A stretch of 49,351 nucleotides of DNA from Bacilli bacterium (GCA_017940575.1 JAGAYJ010000033.1:1-49351); one strand, 5' to 3'. Shown: positions 30,440 through 41,862, counted from the first letter of the stretch. Notes: generated by a model from the sequence alone, not told the origin. A program made the numbers and translations.

Positions 30440-31842
30440 TTATTATAATTTGAATAATAGTAGTCGTATTTATATCCATATAGTTTCTTTTCTTTTTTAA
30501 CATCAACTTTAGTTAAAACAGCTCCTAAGATGAAAACTTTATTGTTTTTAAGTTCTTCAATACAATCAGATATAACTTGGTAATCTGTTTTATCTGACTC
30601 TATTACATAAACAGTTCCATCGGCTAATTTAGATACTAATACACCATCTGTCATGTTAGAGATAGGTGGACAGTCTATTAAAACCAAATCATAGTCTTCT
30701 CTAAGTTTAGCAATTAATCTTGCAAAATATGCACTATTTATAAGTTCTGATGGATTTGATATTTTGCTTCCTGCAGTTAAAACATCAAGTTCCACCTTAT
30801 TTTGTTTATATTTTTGTACTACTTGTTTATAATCAAGCATTCCTTTAGATAAAACAATATCACTAACTCCTTGATTTCTAATAAGTCCAAAATTACGATG
30901 AATTTTTGGCTTTCTTAAATCACAGTCAACAAGTAAAACCTTTTTATCTAGCATTGCAAAAGAAGCAGCTAAATTAGTAATTACCTCTGATTTACCTTCA
31001 CTTGGTACAGTTGATGTTACATTAATAATCTTTAAATCACTAAAATTTAAATTTGTTCTTATTATTCTCACTGATTCTGAAACAACACTAGTTGGATCTG
31101 TAATCATTTTAATGTTTGATTGTCCAACTATAGGCTTGACATATTTTTTCTTTTTTCCATTTACTTCATTATCTATTGAATTATGAGGTATAACACCTAA
31201 TGTTTTAATTTTTAAATATTTTTTTACATCCTCATGTGTTTTTATCTTATTATCCATTGATTGAAGTAAGAATGCAAATATAAGACCTATTGCAAGTCCA
31301 CCAACAATTCCTATTACCGTATTTAGAAATGTTCTAGGTTCTACTGGATTTTTAGAAATTATTGCTTCATCAACAACGCTTATATTATCAACGTTAAGTT
31401 TTTCTTTAATTTCATCTATAAATGTTAATGCAATCATATTAGTTACATCACGTGCTACATTTTTATCTGTATCTTTAAAATATATTGTTATCATTTGTGT
31501 ATCAGTACTAACATTTACAGTTAAATTATTTAAAAAATTTTTATATGTCATATCAAGTTTAGATCCCTCAATCACCTTGTTTACAACACTTCTACTTTTA
31601 ATTATCTCAGCATATGTTTTAACCATTCTTTGATTAGTTAAAATTCCTTGATAATCAACTGAATTTGCGTTTACACCTGGTTCAACGTATAAAGTTGTAT
31701 TACTTTGATATTTAATTTCAGCTCCATAATTATAAAATATAGCGCTTGTTCCACCTATAATAATAAATAATAAAATAAGTAAAAACCAATGCCCTATTGT
31801 AGATAAAATATATGATATATCTAATTGCTTTTCTTCTTTCAT
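30436..31842 (-). CDS. Fused Wzz chain-length modulator and BY-kinase (CpsC-CpsD)
   Basis: Wzz N-terminal TMs, Walker A PSEGKS, DCDLRKP, IDCPP, C-terminal Tyr cluster YGYKYDYYYSNY. Confidence 0.92.
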   Translation of the reverse strand: MKEEKQLDISYILSTIGHWFLLILLFIIIGGTSAIFYNYGAEIKYQSNTTLYVEPGVNANSVDYQGILTNQRMVKTYAEIIKSRSVVNKVIEGSKLDMTYKNFLNNLTVNVSTDTQMITIYFKDTDKNVARDVTNMIALTFIDEIKEKLNVDNISVVDEAIISKNPVEPRTFLNTVIGIVGGLAIGLIFAFLLQSMDNKIKTHEDVKKYLKIKTLGVIPHNSIDNEVNGKKKKYVKPIVGQSNIKMITDPTSVVSESVRIIRTNLNFSDLKIINVTSTVPSEGKSEVITNLAASFAMLDKKVLLVDCDLRKPKIHRNFGLIRNQGVSDIVLSKGMLDYKQVVQKYKQNKVELDVLTAGSKISNPSELINSAYFARLIAKLREDYDLVLIDCPPISNMTDGVLVSKLADGTVYVIESDKTDYQVISDCIEELKNNKVFILGAVLTKVDVKKEKKLYGYKYDYYYSNYNK

Positions 31843-31868
31843 AAAAAGTCCCCCTTTTCTTACAATTA

Positions 31869-33287
31869 TTATATTTTTTTAAATTTTTTTGTCAAATTAA
31901 TAAGAACATAATTTTTATATGTTTTTAAGTCATTATTTAAATACCTATATAAAACAAATAATATAAGTACTAATAAAACTACACTAAAGATAAACCTCTT
32001 TATATAATATATAAATATTGAAATAATAAGTAATGCAATAAATTTTAAAATATTTATATCATAGTTTATAGTTATATAGTTTTTTAAATCATAATATCTT
32101 AAGATAAACATTACAATATATGATATAAGTGTCGATATAGAAGCAGCAAATAATCCAAAGAATCTAATAAATAATACATTAATTATTATATTTAATATTG
32201 CAGCAACTATAGATGTATGCATTATATCTTTAGTTTTTTTAAGAGCTATATATATACCACTATATAAACTAGATGCAACACTAAATATTGAGCTTATAAC
32301 AAGTATAGGTATATACATATAAGAATTACTAAATGAACTATTAATTAAATAATCAAATACTAATGGTAATACTAGTATTAAAACTATACAAAGTGATAAT
32401 GTAAATTTTAAAACAACATTAATAACATCACTAAAATATTCTTCTTTATTATTTTTTTTAATATTTTTAGAAGTTGATTCAACCCACGCTAATTCAAATA
32501 TACCAAATAATGTAATTATTAAATTTGAGAATTTATTTGAAACTGCATATAAACCATTATATGTAACTCCTAAGAATAAAGATATAATAGTTCTATCGGA
32601 TACAGTAAATATCCACCATGATATATTATTTGGAATCAGTGGTATTGAATAACTCACTAACTCTTTTTTTAATTTATTATCTTTTATTTTAAAATCAATA
32701 TATTTATTTAAATTTAATTTAATAAACAAATACATACAACCAATAAAATTACTTACAATATTTGAAATTAAAATAGCCTCAACCTTCATATGCATAAATA
32801 GTATTAAAACTATATTTAAAACTATTGTAATAATTCCTATAAGACATGATGTATAAGAATATTTTTTTATATCACCTAATCCTCTAGTCGTTTGAAGTAA
32901 TAGATGTGAAAATATTACTAAAATAATATTTAATAATATAAGGTATAGATAATTTATCTTTATAAACATTGATAATATTAATGATATCAATATAAATATC
33001 AGTATCATTTTTATTATTATTTTAAAACTAATACTAATTATTTTTTTGGTATCATCAAAGTTATTCCTACTATCTACTAAATAACGAAAGACTGCATTTT
33101 CAAGTTGAATTGTAACAATTGGAACAAGTAATGATATATAAGTATTAATTAAATCAATTATTCCATACGAACCATTATCAAGATATGTTGTATAAAATGG
33201 AAGTAAAATAAAACTTATAAATTGTGTAAAAATACGACTTATAAATATTATTATTGTATTATTAAATAGTAATTTTTTTTCACTCAT
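31869..33287 (-). CDS. Wzx polysaccharide flippase
   Basis: Many TMs, 'LLPFYT', 'YSIPLIPN..SWWI...SDR'. Confidence 0.9.
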   Translation of the reverse strand: MSEKKLLFNNTIIIFISRIFTQFISFILLPFYTTYLDNGSYGIIDLINTYISLLVPIVTIQLENAVFRYLVDSRNNFDDTKKIISISFKIIIKMILIFILISLILSMFIKINYLYLILLNIILVIFSHLLLQTTRGLGDIKKYSYTSCLIGIITIVLNIVLILFMHMKVEAILISNIVSNFIGCMYLFIKLNLNKYIDFKIKDNKLKKELVSYSIPLIPNNISWWIFTVSDRTIISLFLGVTYNGLYAVSNKFSNLIITLFGIFELAWVESTSKNIKKNNKEEYFSDVINVVLKFTLSLCIVLILVLPLVFDYLINSSFSNSYMYIPILVISSIFSVASSLYSGIYIALKKTKDIMHTSIVAAILNIIINVLFIRFFGLFAASISTLISYIVMFILRYYDLKNYITINYDINILKFIALLIISIFIYYIKRFIFSVVLLVLILFVLYRYLNNDLKTYKNYVLINLTKKFKKI

Positions 33288-34318
33288 TTTAGCACCTCAT
33301 CTAATTCTTTAAAATGCATAGATTTATTCTTTGTTTTATCTTTTATATCCAATTTATATGATAAAGAATCGTTCGTTAATTCACTAATATTAAATTTATC
33401 AAAATCATTAATAATAGTTCCTTTAAAGCCAAGGTCGTTTAAAACATTTTGTGTTTTTTGACTATAAATAATTGGAATTACTGTTTTATTAAATAAAAGT
33501 CCTAAAATAGTTGCATGAAATCTTGTTGCTACTACAACTTCTGATTTAGCCAGTACATTTAAAATTGAATTTATATCATCATAATACTTATAAATATCAA
33601 TTCTATCTTTTCCAACTGACTTAACTATTTTATCTATGGCCTCCTCATCACCCTCAGCCTTACAAAATGATATTAAATTAATTTTATAACCTTTTTTTCT
33701 AAAGAAACTAATTAGTTCCTTTATTCTTGTAAAATACATATCATTGTCTAAATTCATCAAAGACATAAATACTTCTTTTTCTTCTTTTATTTTAAAGTCA
33801 TTTATATTTAAATTAAATATAATGTCAGGATAATAATTAACATTGTCTAAATCTTTGAATAAATCATAAGAGTATTTTTCCCTAAAATTAACGCATTTAG
33901 CTTTTCTAAAAACTTCTTTAAAACACTTTTTATAATAATCAGTTTTATATGGACCAAAGTTTGAACCAATTATATAGTAAGGTTTATATTGTTTAAAGTA
34001 GATATTATTGATATTTTCTTTTAAGTTAGTATTATTTGTTTCTTGAAACATTGATCCACCCAAAGTTACCATTAAATCACATTTACCTTTGACGTGTTCA
34101 AATGGTCTTTTATGAGTTAATAAATATTTAAATTTTAGTAACATATTTTTATATTTACCATATACTTTAACATTTCCATATTCTTTTTTTATTTTTTTAT
34201 AATTTTCATTTGTTTGAATGTAAAACATATCATTAGGATATCTTTCAAGTATTACTTTTAAGAATAAATCATCTCCTAAATTATGTTTTAAATACATGTT
34301 TAATTTTACTCTTTTCAT
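33284..34318 (-). CDS. Polysaccharide pyruvyl transferase family protein
   Basis: NLGDDL, GGSMF, GSNFGP, FRE..SY, TRFHA. Confidence 0.88.
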   Translation of the reverse strand: MKRVKLNMYLKHNLGDDLFLKVILERYPNDMFYIQTNENYKKIKKEYGNVKVYGKYKNMLLKFKYLLTHKRPFEHVKGKCDLMVTLGGSMFQETNNTNLKENINNIYFKQYKPYYIIGSNFGPYKTDYYKKCFKEVFRKAKCVNFREKYSYDLFKDLDNVNYYPDIIFNLNINDFKIKEEKEVFMSLMNLDNDMYFTRIKELISFFRKKGYKINLISFCKAEGDEEAIDKIVKSVGKDRIDIYKYYDDINSILNVLAKSEVVVATRFHATILGLLFNKTVIPIIYSQKTQNVLNDLGFKGTIINDFDKFNISELTNDSLSYKLDIKDKTKNKSMHFKELDEVLK

Positions 34319-35392
34319 TTATATCACCCATGTTTGATATGGAAATATTTCATGAATACCTAGAGTATAAAATTCATGAATAAAGTAATATAGTAAATAA
34401 ATTATATATAAAATCTCGATTATATATTTATATGTCTTATTATTAATATTTTTAATAATCATGGGAATAAGAATAATTAAAAACATCATATGATATAACG
34501 AAATTCGTGATAAATATTGTTTAGAAGTACCAAGTACTAATAAAATCATACTACTTATAAATAAACCTTTTAATTCACTAATTCTCTCAACTTTTGGATC
34601 ATAAACAATTATAAGAAAAATAAATGGAATATATAATATTATATTTTTGTATGTAATGTTATCTATATCAAGACCACTTAACAAATATTCATAATCTGAA
34701 ACAATTCCAAGTCTCATCATCGCATCATTAAAAAACAAAAGTAAGAATGATAATATAAGCGTGAATGAAATGGAATATATAAGAGACGATTTACCTTTTT
34801 TAATCATAAATAAACCAAGGTATGGTAATAATAATATGGCACTTTTATGGAATAAGAAGGCAATAGCAAATGATATAAACGCCATTATTTTTTTATCTTT
34901 AAATAAATATGCGAATGAAAGTATTATAAACGACATTGCTACCCCTTGTCTCATACCATTTAGATCAAATGGTAAAAACATAAGACAAAAAGTTAAAACA
35001 GAAAATGGTAAATATTCATAATCATATAATTTATTTGCTTTATATATTGGATATAAAGTAACAAGTCCAAGTGCGATAAAAATATAATACTGATTATCAA
35101 ATAGATTATAAATGATTTTAAATATTACCTTTGTTCCATATTCAATATCTACTAAATAAAGTTCATTAAACTCTAATGTTGCAACTTTATTATAGATATC
35201 TATATATGATTCATAATCGGTTCCAACATAGTATCTAAAACCAATTAAAGCAAGTAATATCAAAAAACTAATTAATATAAATAATCTACTTATGTTCTTT
35301 TTACCATGATATAATTTACTTCCAATTATATTTAATATAAATACTATAAAAAAGACAAAAATATATACTAATAAACTTTTCATATTACTCAC
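34319..35392 (-). CDS. EpsG-family Wzy polymerase
   Basis: GFRYYVGTDY, MRQGVA, FHKSA, terminal PYQ. Confidence 0.88.
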   Translation of the reverse strand: MSNMKSLLVYIFVFFIVFILNIIGSKLYHGKKNISRLFILISFLILLALIGFRYYVGTDYESYIDIYNKVATLEFNELYLVDIEYGTKVIFKIIYNLFDNQYYIFIALGLVTLYPIYKANKLYDYEYLPFSVLTFCLMFLPFDLNGMRQGVAMSFIILSFAYLFKDKKIMAFISFAIAFLFHKSAILLLPYLGLFMIKKGKSSLIYSISFTLILSFLLLFFNDAMMRLGIVSDYEYLLSGLDIDNITYKNIILYIPFIFLIIVYDPKVERISELKGLFISSMILLVLGTSKQYLSRISLYHMMFLIILIPMIIKNINNKTYKYIIEILYIIYLLYYFIHEFYTLGIHEIFPYQTWVI

Positions 35393-35401
35393 CCCTTTTC
35401 T

Positions 35402-36325
35402 TTAATTATCTATAGTTATCCAATTATCTTCATATATTTCATCATTATATCCTGAATTTTGCCATTTTTTGGGAGCAATTACTACTTTGTTTTTATTTCG
35501 AGATAAGTATTGAGCCCAAAAACTAAAAGTACTATTCGATATAATAAAATGTTTACATGAATACATAAGTCTTAGCTTTTCCCATACAGGATCAAGTCCA
35601 TCTTCATAATAACAATTGTTAATTTTTATATTATCTTTACACCAATCTATATCATCTGAAAAGATAAAATATGTTGGATTATCAATTAAACTATTCATTT
35701 TTTCAATTGCTCTATTAAAGTAATTAATATCGCATACATTAAATTTTAATGCATTCTTTTTATTATTTACAAAATCTCCTCTTCTAATTGATATACAAAC
35801 AGAATTTGTATTTTCAATTAAATCATACATTTTTTTATTTTTTTCTAATTTAGGATATATTGGTGTGAATTCTACTAGTAATTTATCTTTTATTTGTGAA
35901 AAATTTTTACTAGATTCAAATCTTCCAATAACAACTTTGTTTTTTTTAGAAGTAGCGAATGACTCTAAATATCCATCTTCCATCCAATATATTCCTTTTT
36001 TTATAAGTTTATCTTTTATTTTTAATTCTAATTTATGTCTTTTAATATAATAATTTTTTTTATCAATGGCTCTAATTATTCTTTTAATTATTCTATAATA
36101 ATATATAATAATTAATTGATTAAGTTTTATTCTAGAATTATCTATTTCATAAAACTCTTTTACGTTAAAATTCTTTAATTCATTTTTAAAGCCTTTACTA
36201 TATACATTTTTTTTGAAATTAAGAATTAATTTGTCTTTGTTAGAGTTATCTTCTTGAATCTTTCTTACCATAGCATACTGAAACATTTGATTACCAAGTC
36301 TACCAGACATATTTTTAAAAATCAT
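35402..36325 (-). CDS. GT11 alpha-1,2-fucosyltransferase-like
   Basis: GRLGNQMFQYA, IRRGDF, FSDDIDWC, CKHFIISNSTFSFW. Confidence 0.9.
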   Translation of the reverse strand: MIFKNMSGRLGNQMFQYAMVRKIQEDNSNKDKLILNFKKNVYSKGFKNELKNFNVKEFYEIDNSRIKLNQLIIIYYYRIIKRIIRAIDKKNYYIKRHKLELKIKDKLIKKGIYWMEDGYLESFATSKKNKVVIGRFESSKNFSQIKDKLLVEFTPIYPKLEKNKKMYDLIENTNSVCISIRRGDFVNNKKNALKFNVCDINYFNRAIEKMNSLIDNPTYFIFSDDIDWCKDNIKINNCYYEDGLDPVWEKLRLMYSCKHFIISNSTFSFWAQYLSRNKNKVVIAPKKWQNSGYNDEIYEDNWITIDN

Positions 36326-36329
36326 TTAA

Positions 36330-37352
36330 TCAACCCCTAATCATATCTTTTATTTTTAAAAAATATCTTATTTTCCATATTTTTTTATAATTCTTATTAT
36401 ATATATTTTTCAAAGTATTAATATTTTTAATTTTATAAAAAATACTATTATCTATATCAGAAAGATTAAATTCTTCTCTAATTTTATTATATAAATCTCT
36501 ATTTAAATATTGATTCATTATGTTTATAAATTCTTTCTTATTTAAATCATCTATTCTTAATATGTTATATATAAATATTCTAGTAACATCTAATATTGTA
36601 TTGAATACTTTTTTTCTATTATCTGTGGTATTAATATCCCACTTATTTAAATATTCAAATAATTTGTTATATACAAATATCAATTCATCAAAATTTTTAA
36701 GAATTCTATTTATATTTTTTGATCTAGTTGTAGATTCACTATTATCTGTGCAGTAATACATTTTTTTATCTATTAAAAGCATTGATGTAACTTTTGATAA
36801 AACTTCTAAATTAACTAAATAATCTTCTGCGTAACTAATGTTATAATCAAATGCATTTATATCATCAAATAAACTTTTTTTATATAATGCACTACATAAT
36901 GAATTAAATTTTTTACTTGTTATTAATACTTGTTGTATTTCTTCATTATTTAAAAAATTATAATTATTGCATTTAAGTTCAAAATTAGAATTTGTTTGAT
37001 TAAAATGTATTACATCAATTTTATATTTAGATAAATAATCTACTAATATTTCTACTGTGTATTTAGAGATAAAGTCATCACTATCTACAAACATAACAAA
37101 GTCACCGCAACAATTATCAATACCTTTTTTACGAGCAATATTTGCCCCTTTATTATCTTGACTTATAACTTTTATTATATCGCTTTTAAAACTTTTAATT
37201 ATATCTAGCGAGCTATCCGTTGAGCCATCATTAACAAGTATTATTTCAATATTTTGATACGTTTGATTAATAAGTGACGTAATACAGTCTTTAATATATT
37301 TTTCTGAATTATATACTGGAACAATTATACTTACTTTTATATTATTTTTCAT
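36330..37352 (-). CDS. Glycosyltransferase family 2
   Basis: SIIVPVYN, NDGSTD, FVDSDD, AED. Confidence 0.9.
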   Translation of the reverse strand: MKNNIKVSIIVPVYNSEKYIKDCITSLINQTYQNIEIILVNDGSTDSSLDIIKSFKSDIIKVISQDNKGANIARKKGIDNCCGDFVMFVDSDDFISKYTVEILVDYLSKYKIDVIHFNQTNSNFELKCNNYNFLNNEEIQQVLITSKKFNSLCSALYKKSLFDDINAFDYNISYAEDYLVNLEVLSKVTSMLLIDKKMYYCTDNSESTTRSKNINRILKNFDELIFVYNKLFEYLNKWDINTTDNRKKVFNTILDVTRIFIYNILRIDDLNKKEFINIMNQYLNRDLYNKIREEFNLSDIDNSIFYKIKNINTLKNIYNKNYKKIWKIRYFLKIKDMIRG

Positions 37353-38547
37353 AAGACTTACCTAAATATTCATAAATACGTCGACAGTTATTTTGATCTT
37401 TTAATTCAAAAAACTTATCAATTCTATTTTGGTACATTGTCTCAATCTTATAATCCATTTTTATATATCCAATAATTCTATTAACTAAATCTTCTTCATC
37501 TTTTATTACTTTACCAAATGCATCTTTTGAATATTTAAAATAACCTTCTTGTAATTGTTTTTTTCTATATTCTGTAGAGTCAAATTGATAATATATAATT
37601 GGCTTAGACATATAAGCAAAATCCATATAAACACTTGAATAATCAGTTACTAGAAGTGCGGATGATTTAAGTAATTTTTGAATATCAGTTGTATAATCAG
37701 CTATCTTGATATTTTTTGAAGATGAATTAAAATCTTTTAAATAATGTCTCATATTTATGTGTGGCAAGAATACTATATTTATATTATTCTTTTCGACATA
37801 TTTTATTAAAGTTTCATTATTTAAAAGTGAATTCCATTTTTTATAGTATTTAGTTTTAATAAATTCTTCATTTTTAACTAAACTGTTAGTGTCTCTACCT
37901 AACCAATTGCGCCATGTTGGCATTATTAATATTTGTTTAGCATCTACTTTATTATTATATAAATTGTCAAATCTAGGGAATCCTAAATATGCTATATTTT
38001 CACTTGGGTAACCAAAATGATTTTTTACATAATCATATTCTTTTTTCGCACCACAAATAAATAATTTAAATTTAGTGTTTGGATAATACAACCATTTAGA
38101 ATCATCCTTAGTAATACCATGTTGTAAGAAAATACGATTATTATATAATCTAAACCATATATGTACAACATAGAAAACAGCAGGATTTGGATTACCACAC
38201 TTTTGACTACTAATATTTTTATCACAAGCCATATAATATAACCAATGTTTTAAACTGGCATAATTAATAATATTTCCATATTTTTTAACTTTTTTATAAT
38301 CATTACTTTTTTTATCAATTACATAATAAACATTATCTTCTTTGTGGTTTACTCTTATATATTTAAATAAATGATATCCATTATCACGAGCTGTATGACC
38401 ATCTTCACATATAAGCCATATTTTTTTATTTATTATCTTTAAATATATTTTATAAATTAAAGCTGGAATAACCATTAATATAAATATAAAAAAAGAAAAA
38501 ATATCTATTAATTTTATATATTTTAAATTGTTAATTATTTTTTTCAT
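37342..38547 (-). CDS. CDP-glycerol:glycerophosphotransferase (TagF/TagB-like)
   Basis: DNG, FLQHG, GFPRFD, MPTWR, TDYSSV..DF. Confidence 0.88.
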   Translation of the reverse strand: MKKIINNLKYIKLIDIFSFFIFILMVIPALIYKIYLKIINKKIWLICEDGHTARDNGYHLFKYIRVNHKEDNVYYVIDKKSNDYKKVKKYGNIINYASLKHWLYYMACDKNISSQKCGNPNPAVFYVVHIWFRLYNNRIFLQHGITKDDSKWLYYPNTKFKLFICGAKKEYDYVKNHFGYPSENIAYLGFPRFDNLYNNKVDAKQILIMPTWRNWLGRDTNSLVKNEEFIKTKYYKKWNSLLNNETLIKYVEKNNINIVFLPHINMRHYLKDFNSSSKNIKIADYTTDIQKLLKSSALLVTDYSSVYMDFAYMSKPIIYYQFDSTEYRKKQLQEGYFKYSKDAFGKVIKDEEDLVNRIIGYIKMDYKIETMYQNRIDKFFELKDQNNCRRIYEYLGKSYEK

Positions 38548-38557
38548 AAAATCCCCC

Positions 38558-39307
38558 TTATATTCTTCTTAAAACAGCATTTATTGCCCAAAAATTAAAA
38601 TAATATAAACTAGTTAATATATTTAATTTTTCAACTTTTCTATATAAATTCCATATTCTTTTTATGGCAATTAACTTATTTGAAGAAAGTGTATTATCAC
38701 TTCTTCTGTAATAAGATAAAACATCTTCTAAACCATAAGCATAATCTATCTTTTTTAATACAGACCACCAACATGCAGTATCTTCACTTGGAACATTTGG
38801 CATATATATATCTTCTTTTTTTAATTTTGTTAAATCAAACATTACTGTTGATGTAAATATTGTTGTATTCTTTAATGCTTGATAATAGTTAATTTTATAC
38901 GGAACCAAAACATCTTTAATATGTTTTAAATTTTCGTTTGTATATGCATATGAAGTATAAGAAAAAGCAGAATTATTTTTTTTCATGAATTTTATTTGTT
39001 TTTCTATCTTTTCTTTATTCCATACATCATCAGCATCTAGGTAAGCTATAAATCTACCTTTGGCAACATCAATACCAGTGTTTCTTGATCCTGCTGCTTT
39101 TAATTTTTTCTTACTTTCTATAAGCTTAATACGACTATCTTTTTTAGCTAAGTTTCTGACCATTTCAACACTTTTATCAGAAGACACATCATCTACAATA
39201 ATTATTTCTATATTTTTATATGTTTGATTTATTACTGAATCAATCGCTTGTTTTATATATAATTCCTTATTATATACAGGAATAATAACACTAACTAAAT
39301 CATTCAT
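38558..39307 (-). CDS. Glycosyltransferase family 2 (TuaG-like)
   Basis: VSVIIPVYN, DDVSSD, YLDADD.W..EK, SED. Confidence 0.9.
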   Translation of the reverse strand: MNDLVSVIIPVYNKELYIKQAIDSVINQTYKNIEIIIVDDVSSDKSVEMVRNLAKKDSRIKLIESKKKLKAAGSRNTGIDVAKGRFIAYLDADDVWNKEKIEKQIKFMKKNNSAFSYTSYAYTNENLKHIKDVLVPYKINYYQALKNTTIFTSTVMFDLTKLKKEDIYMPNVPSEDTACWWSVLKKIDYAYGLEDVLSYYRRSDNTLSSNKLIAIKRIWNLYRKVEKLNILTSLYYFNFWAINAVLRRI

Positions 39308-39984
39308 TATTTAAATGTACTTTCAAATATAGGATTTATGTCATCAATCATATCATGTTTAATGACTATTCTTTTATAACGCGATTGATTCTTTAGTTCT
39401 TGTAATTCATTTTTAATAACAAATTTACCAGCAGATGATCCTTCTTTTTTTAACATAGATTTTATCGTAAGAATTATTATTTTTATATCTCCAATTAAAG
39501 ATACATTCGAAACATATTTAACATCATAATTAATCTTTTCGTTTATTGTAATATTGTTTCTTCCATGACATTGTGCGAGTCCAGTTAAACCTGGTTTCAC
39601 AGATAATCTCTTCATTTGCTTTGTGGTAAAATACTTACTATAATCTACAATCCATGGTCTAGGCCCTATAAAACTCATATCACCTTTTAATATATTAAAT
39701 AATTGAGGCAGTTCATCTAAACTTGTGTTTTTTAAGAATCTTCCATATTTTGTCATCTTATCTTCACAATTAAAATCATGTACATCATTATCTATTTGCA
39801 TAGTTCTAAATTTATATATATTAAAAGCTACATTATTTTTACCACTTCTTTTTTGTACAAATATTGCATTTCCTCCATCTTTTCTTATAATTATGGCAAT
39901 TATAAGCATTAATGGCGCGAATAAAATAATGAATATTACTGAAAATATAATATCTAATAATCTTTTAATAAACAATCTATACAT
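39307..39984 (-). CDS. Priming sugar (phosphoglycosyl) transferase
   Basis: KRLLD, KFRTM, SLDELPQ..NILKGDMSFIGPRP, KPGLTG. Confidence 0.93.
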   Translation of the reverse strand: MYRLFIKRLLDIIFSVIFIILFAPLMLIIAIIIRKDGGNAIFVQKRSGKNNVAFNIYKFRTMQIDNDVHDFNCEDKMTKYGRFLKNTSLDELPQLFNILKGDMSFIGPRPWIVDYSKYFTTKQMKRLSVKPGLTGLAQCHGRNNITINEKINYDVKYVSNVSLIGDIKIIILTIKSMLKKEGSSAGKFVIKNELQELKNQSRYKRIVIKHDMIDDINPIFESTFK

Positions 39985-40032
39985 AATATGCCCCCTTTAA
40001 CACTCCAAATATATAAGTATTAATTGGTGCTT

Positions 40033-40060
40033 ATTATATAATAATTTATATTTTTGTCAA
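40033..40060 (-). promoter_or_regulatory. SigA promoter of the capsule locus
   Basis: TTGACA-16-TATAAT on the minus strand. Confidence 0.7.
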
Positions 40061-40086
40061 ATTGAAAAAAAAGACAACTATGTCTT

Positions 40087-41862
40087 TTAATTCATTTTAA
40101 AATTATCGAATCCACTTCTTTTAAACATCTTTTCTAAATCGTAGTTAGAATAAAAAACAATTGTTGGCCTTCCGTGAGGACAATTAAATGGATTCTTACA
40201 TTTTTTTAAGTCTTTTAATAATTCTACAAGCTCCTCTTCTGATACATATTGATTTGCTTTTATTGCAAGTTTACATGCAAGCATTGTAGCTGCGCGCTCA
40301 TTAAACTTTTCAATATCAAATTTATCTTCGAGTGAAACAATAAGTTCAATTATTCTTTTTATAGAATCTAGAACTTGTTCTTTAGGTATCCATGTTGGAT
40401 GTGATTTAACAATAATTGAATTTATTCCAAATTCTTCTACATTAATACCCATTTTTTCTAAAACATTAAAGTTTTCTCTTAAAACGATATACTCATTTGT
40501 TGATAGTTCTATTGTGATTGGAAATAATAATTTTTCAATTTCAGTATTAGGATGCCCCATTCTTTCTTTAAATAATTCATAGTTTACTCTTTCCTTAGCA
40601 GCATGTTGATCTACCAAATACATACCAGATTCATCTTGACATATTATGTATGTAGAGTGAACTACACCAACAAACGATAAAGTTGGAAACTCACGTTTTT
40701 CTTCATCGTATTTAATATCTTCTTCTTTAAGTATTAAAGAAACATTATCATCAAATTTTAAAGTTTGTTCTTCATATATAGGCTTTTTTTCTATTTTAGT
40801 AACTTCTTCAGTCTCTTTATTAGTTATAAAGCTTGTATTCATTACAATTGGACTTTCAACTTCCAAGTGAGGTATCAATATTTTTTCTTTAATTTTTTCT
40901 CTAATCATATTAGATACAAGATTTAACAATTCTTCCATTTTAGAAAATTTAATATCCATTTTTGTAGGGTGAACATTAACATCAACAAGTGTTGGATCGA
41001 CACTAATATTAAGAACAACTATCGGATATCTATTATCAGGTTTATATGAATGATAAGAATCATTTATTACTCTATTTAGATCTTGATTTCTAACAACTCT
41101 ACCATTAACAAGTGTAATCATTGTATTTCTACTTGATCTATGCACCTCGGGAAGTGATATAAAACCACTTATTTCATAATCATCATCAGAATTATTTACA
41201 TCAACCATTTTTTTAACTGTTTCAATACCATATACCGCTTTTATTACTTTTAATAAATTTCCAGATCCATCAGTATTAAGAAGAATACCACCATTGTTAG
41301 TTAAAACAAATTTTATATCCGGACGAGATATAGCCATTTTATTTACATAATCAGTAATGCTTGCAAGCTCTGTATATAAGCTTTTCATATGTTTAAGTCT
41401 AGCAGGTGTATTATAGAATAAGTCTTTAATAATTATTTGTGTACCACGTCTTGATGGTGCTGCTTTTACAAGGTCTAATTTACCGCCATTTATCTCAACC
41501 ATTGTTCCAACATCAGCTGAACACGTTTCCATATGTACATGTGATACGCTTGCAATAGAAGCTAATGCTTCACCTCGAAAACCTAGCGTTGTAATATGAA
41601 ATAAATCATCTTCATCTTTTATTTTGCTTGTAGCATGACGTGAAAAAGCTAAGACAGCATCTTCTTTGTCCATTCCAACCCCGTCGTCAGTAACCTTAAT
41701 TTCTTTAGTTCCTGCTTCAATTAAATCAATTCTAATTTCACTACTTTTAGCATCTATACTATTTTCAACTAATTCTTTAACAACAGATGCGCATCTTTCA
41801 ACTACTTCTCCAGCTGCAATCTTGTTAGCTAAAATCTCATCCATTTGCTTTATTTTTGACAT
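40087..41862 (-). CDS. mutL: DNA mismatch repair endonuclease MutL
   Basis: IAAGEVVE, GFRGEALASI, DVNVHPTK, DQHAAKER, CPHGRP. Confidence 0.97.
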   Translation of the reverse strand: MSKIKQMDEILANKIAAGEVVERCASVVKELVENSIDAKSSEIRIDLIEAGTKEIKVTDDGVGMDKEDAVLAFSRHATSKIKDEDDLFHITTLGFRGEALASIASVSHVHMETCSADVGTMVEINGGKLDLVKAAPSRRGTQIIIKDLFYNTPARLKHMKSLYTELASITDYVNKMAISRPDIKFVLTNNGGILLNTDGSGNLLKVIKAVYGIETVKKMVDVNNSDDDYEISGFISLPEVHRSSRNTMITLVNGRVVRNQDLNRVINDSYHSYKPDNRYPIVVLNISVDPTLVDVNVHPTKMDIKFSKMEELLNLVSNMIREKIKEKILIPHLEVESPIVMNTSFITNKETEEVTKIEKKPIYEEQTLKFDDNVSLILKEEDIKYDEEKREFPTLSFVGVVHSTYIICQDESGMYLVDQHAAKERVNYELFKERMGHPNTEIEKLLFPITIELSTNEYIVLRENFNVLEKMGINVEEFGINSIIVKSHPTWIPKEQVLDSIKRIIELIVSLEDKFDIEKFNERAATMLACKLAIKANQYVSEEELVELLKDLKKCKNPFNCPHGRPTIVFYSNYDLEKMFKRSGFDNFKMN

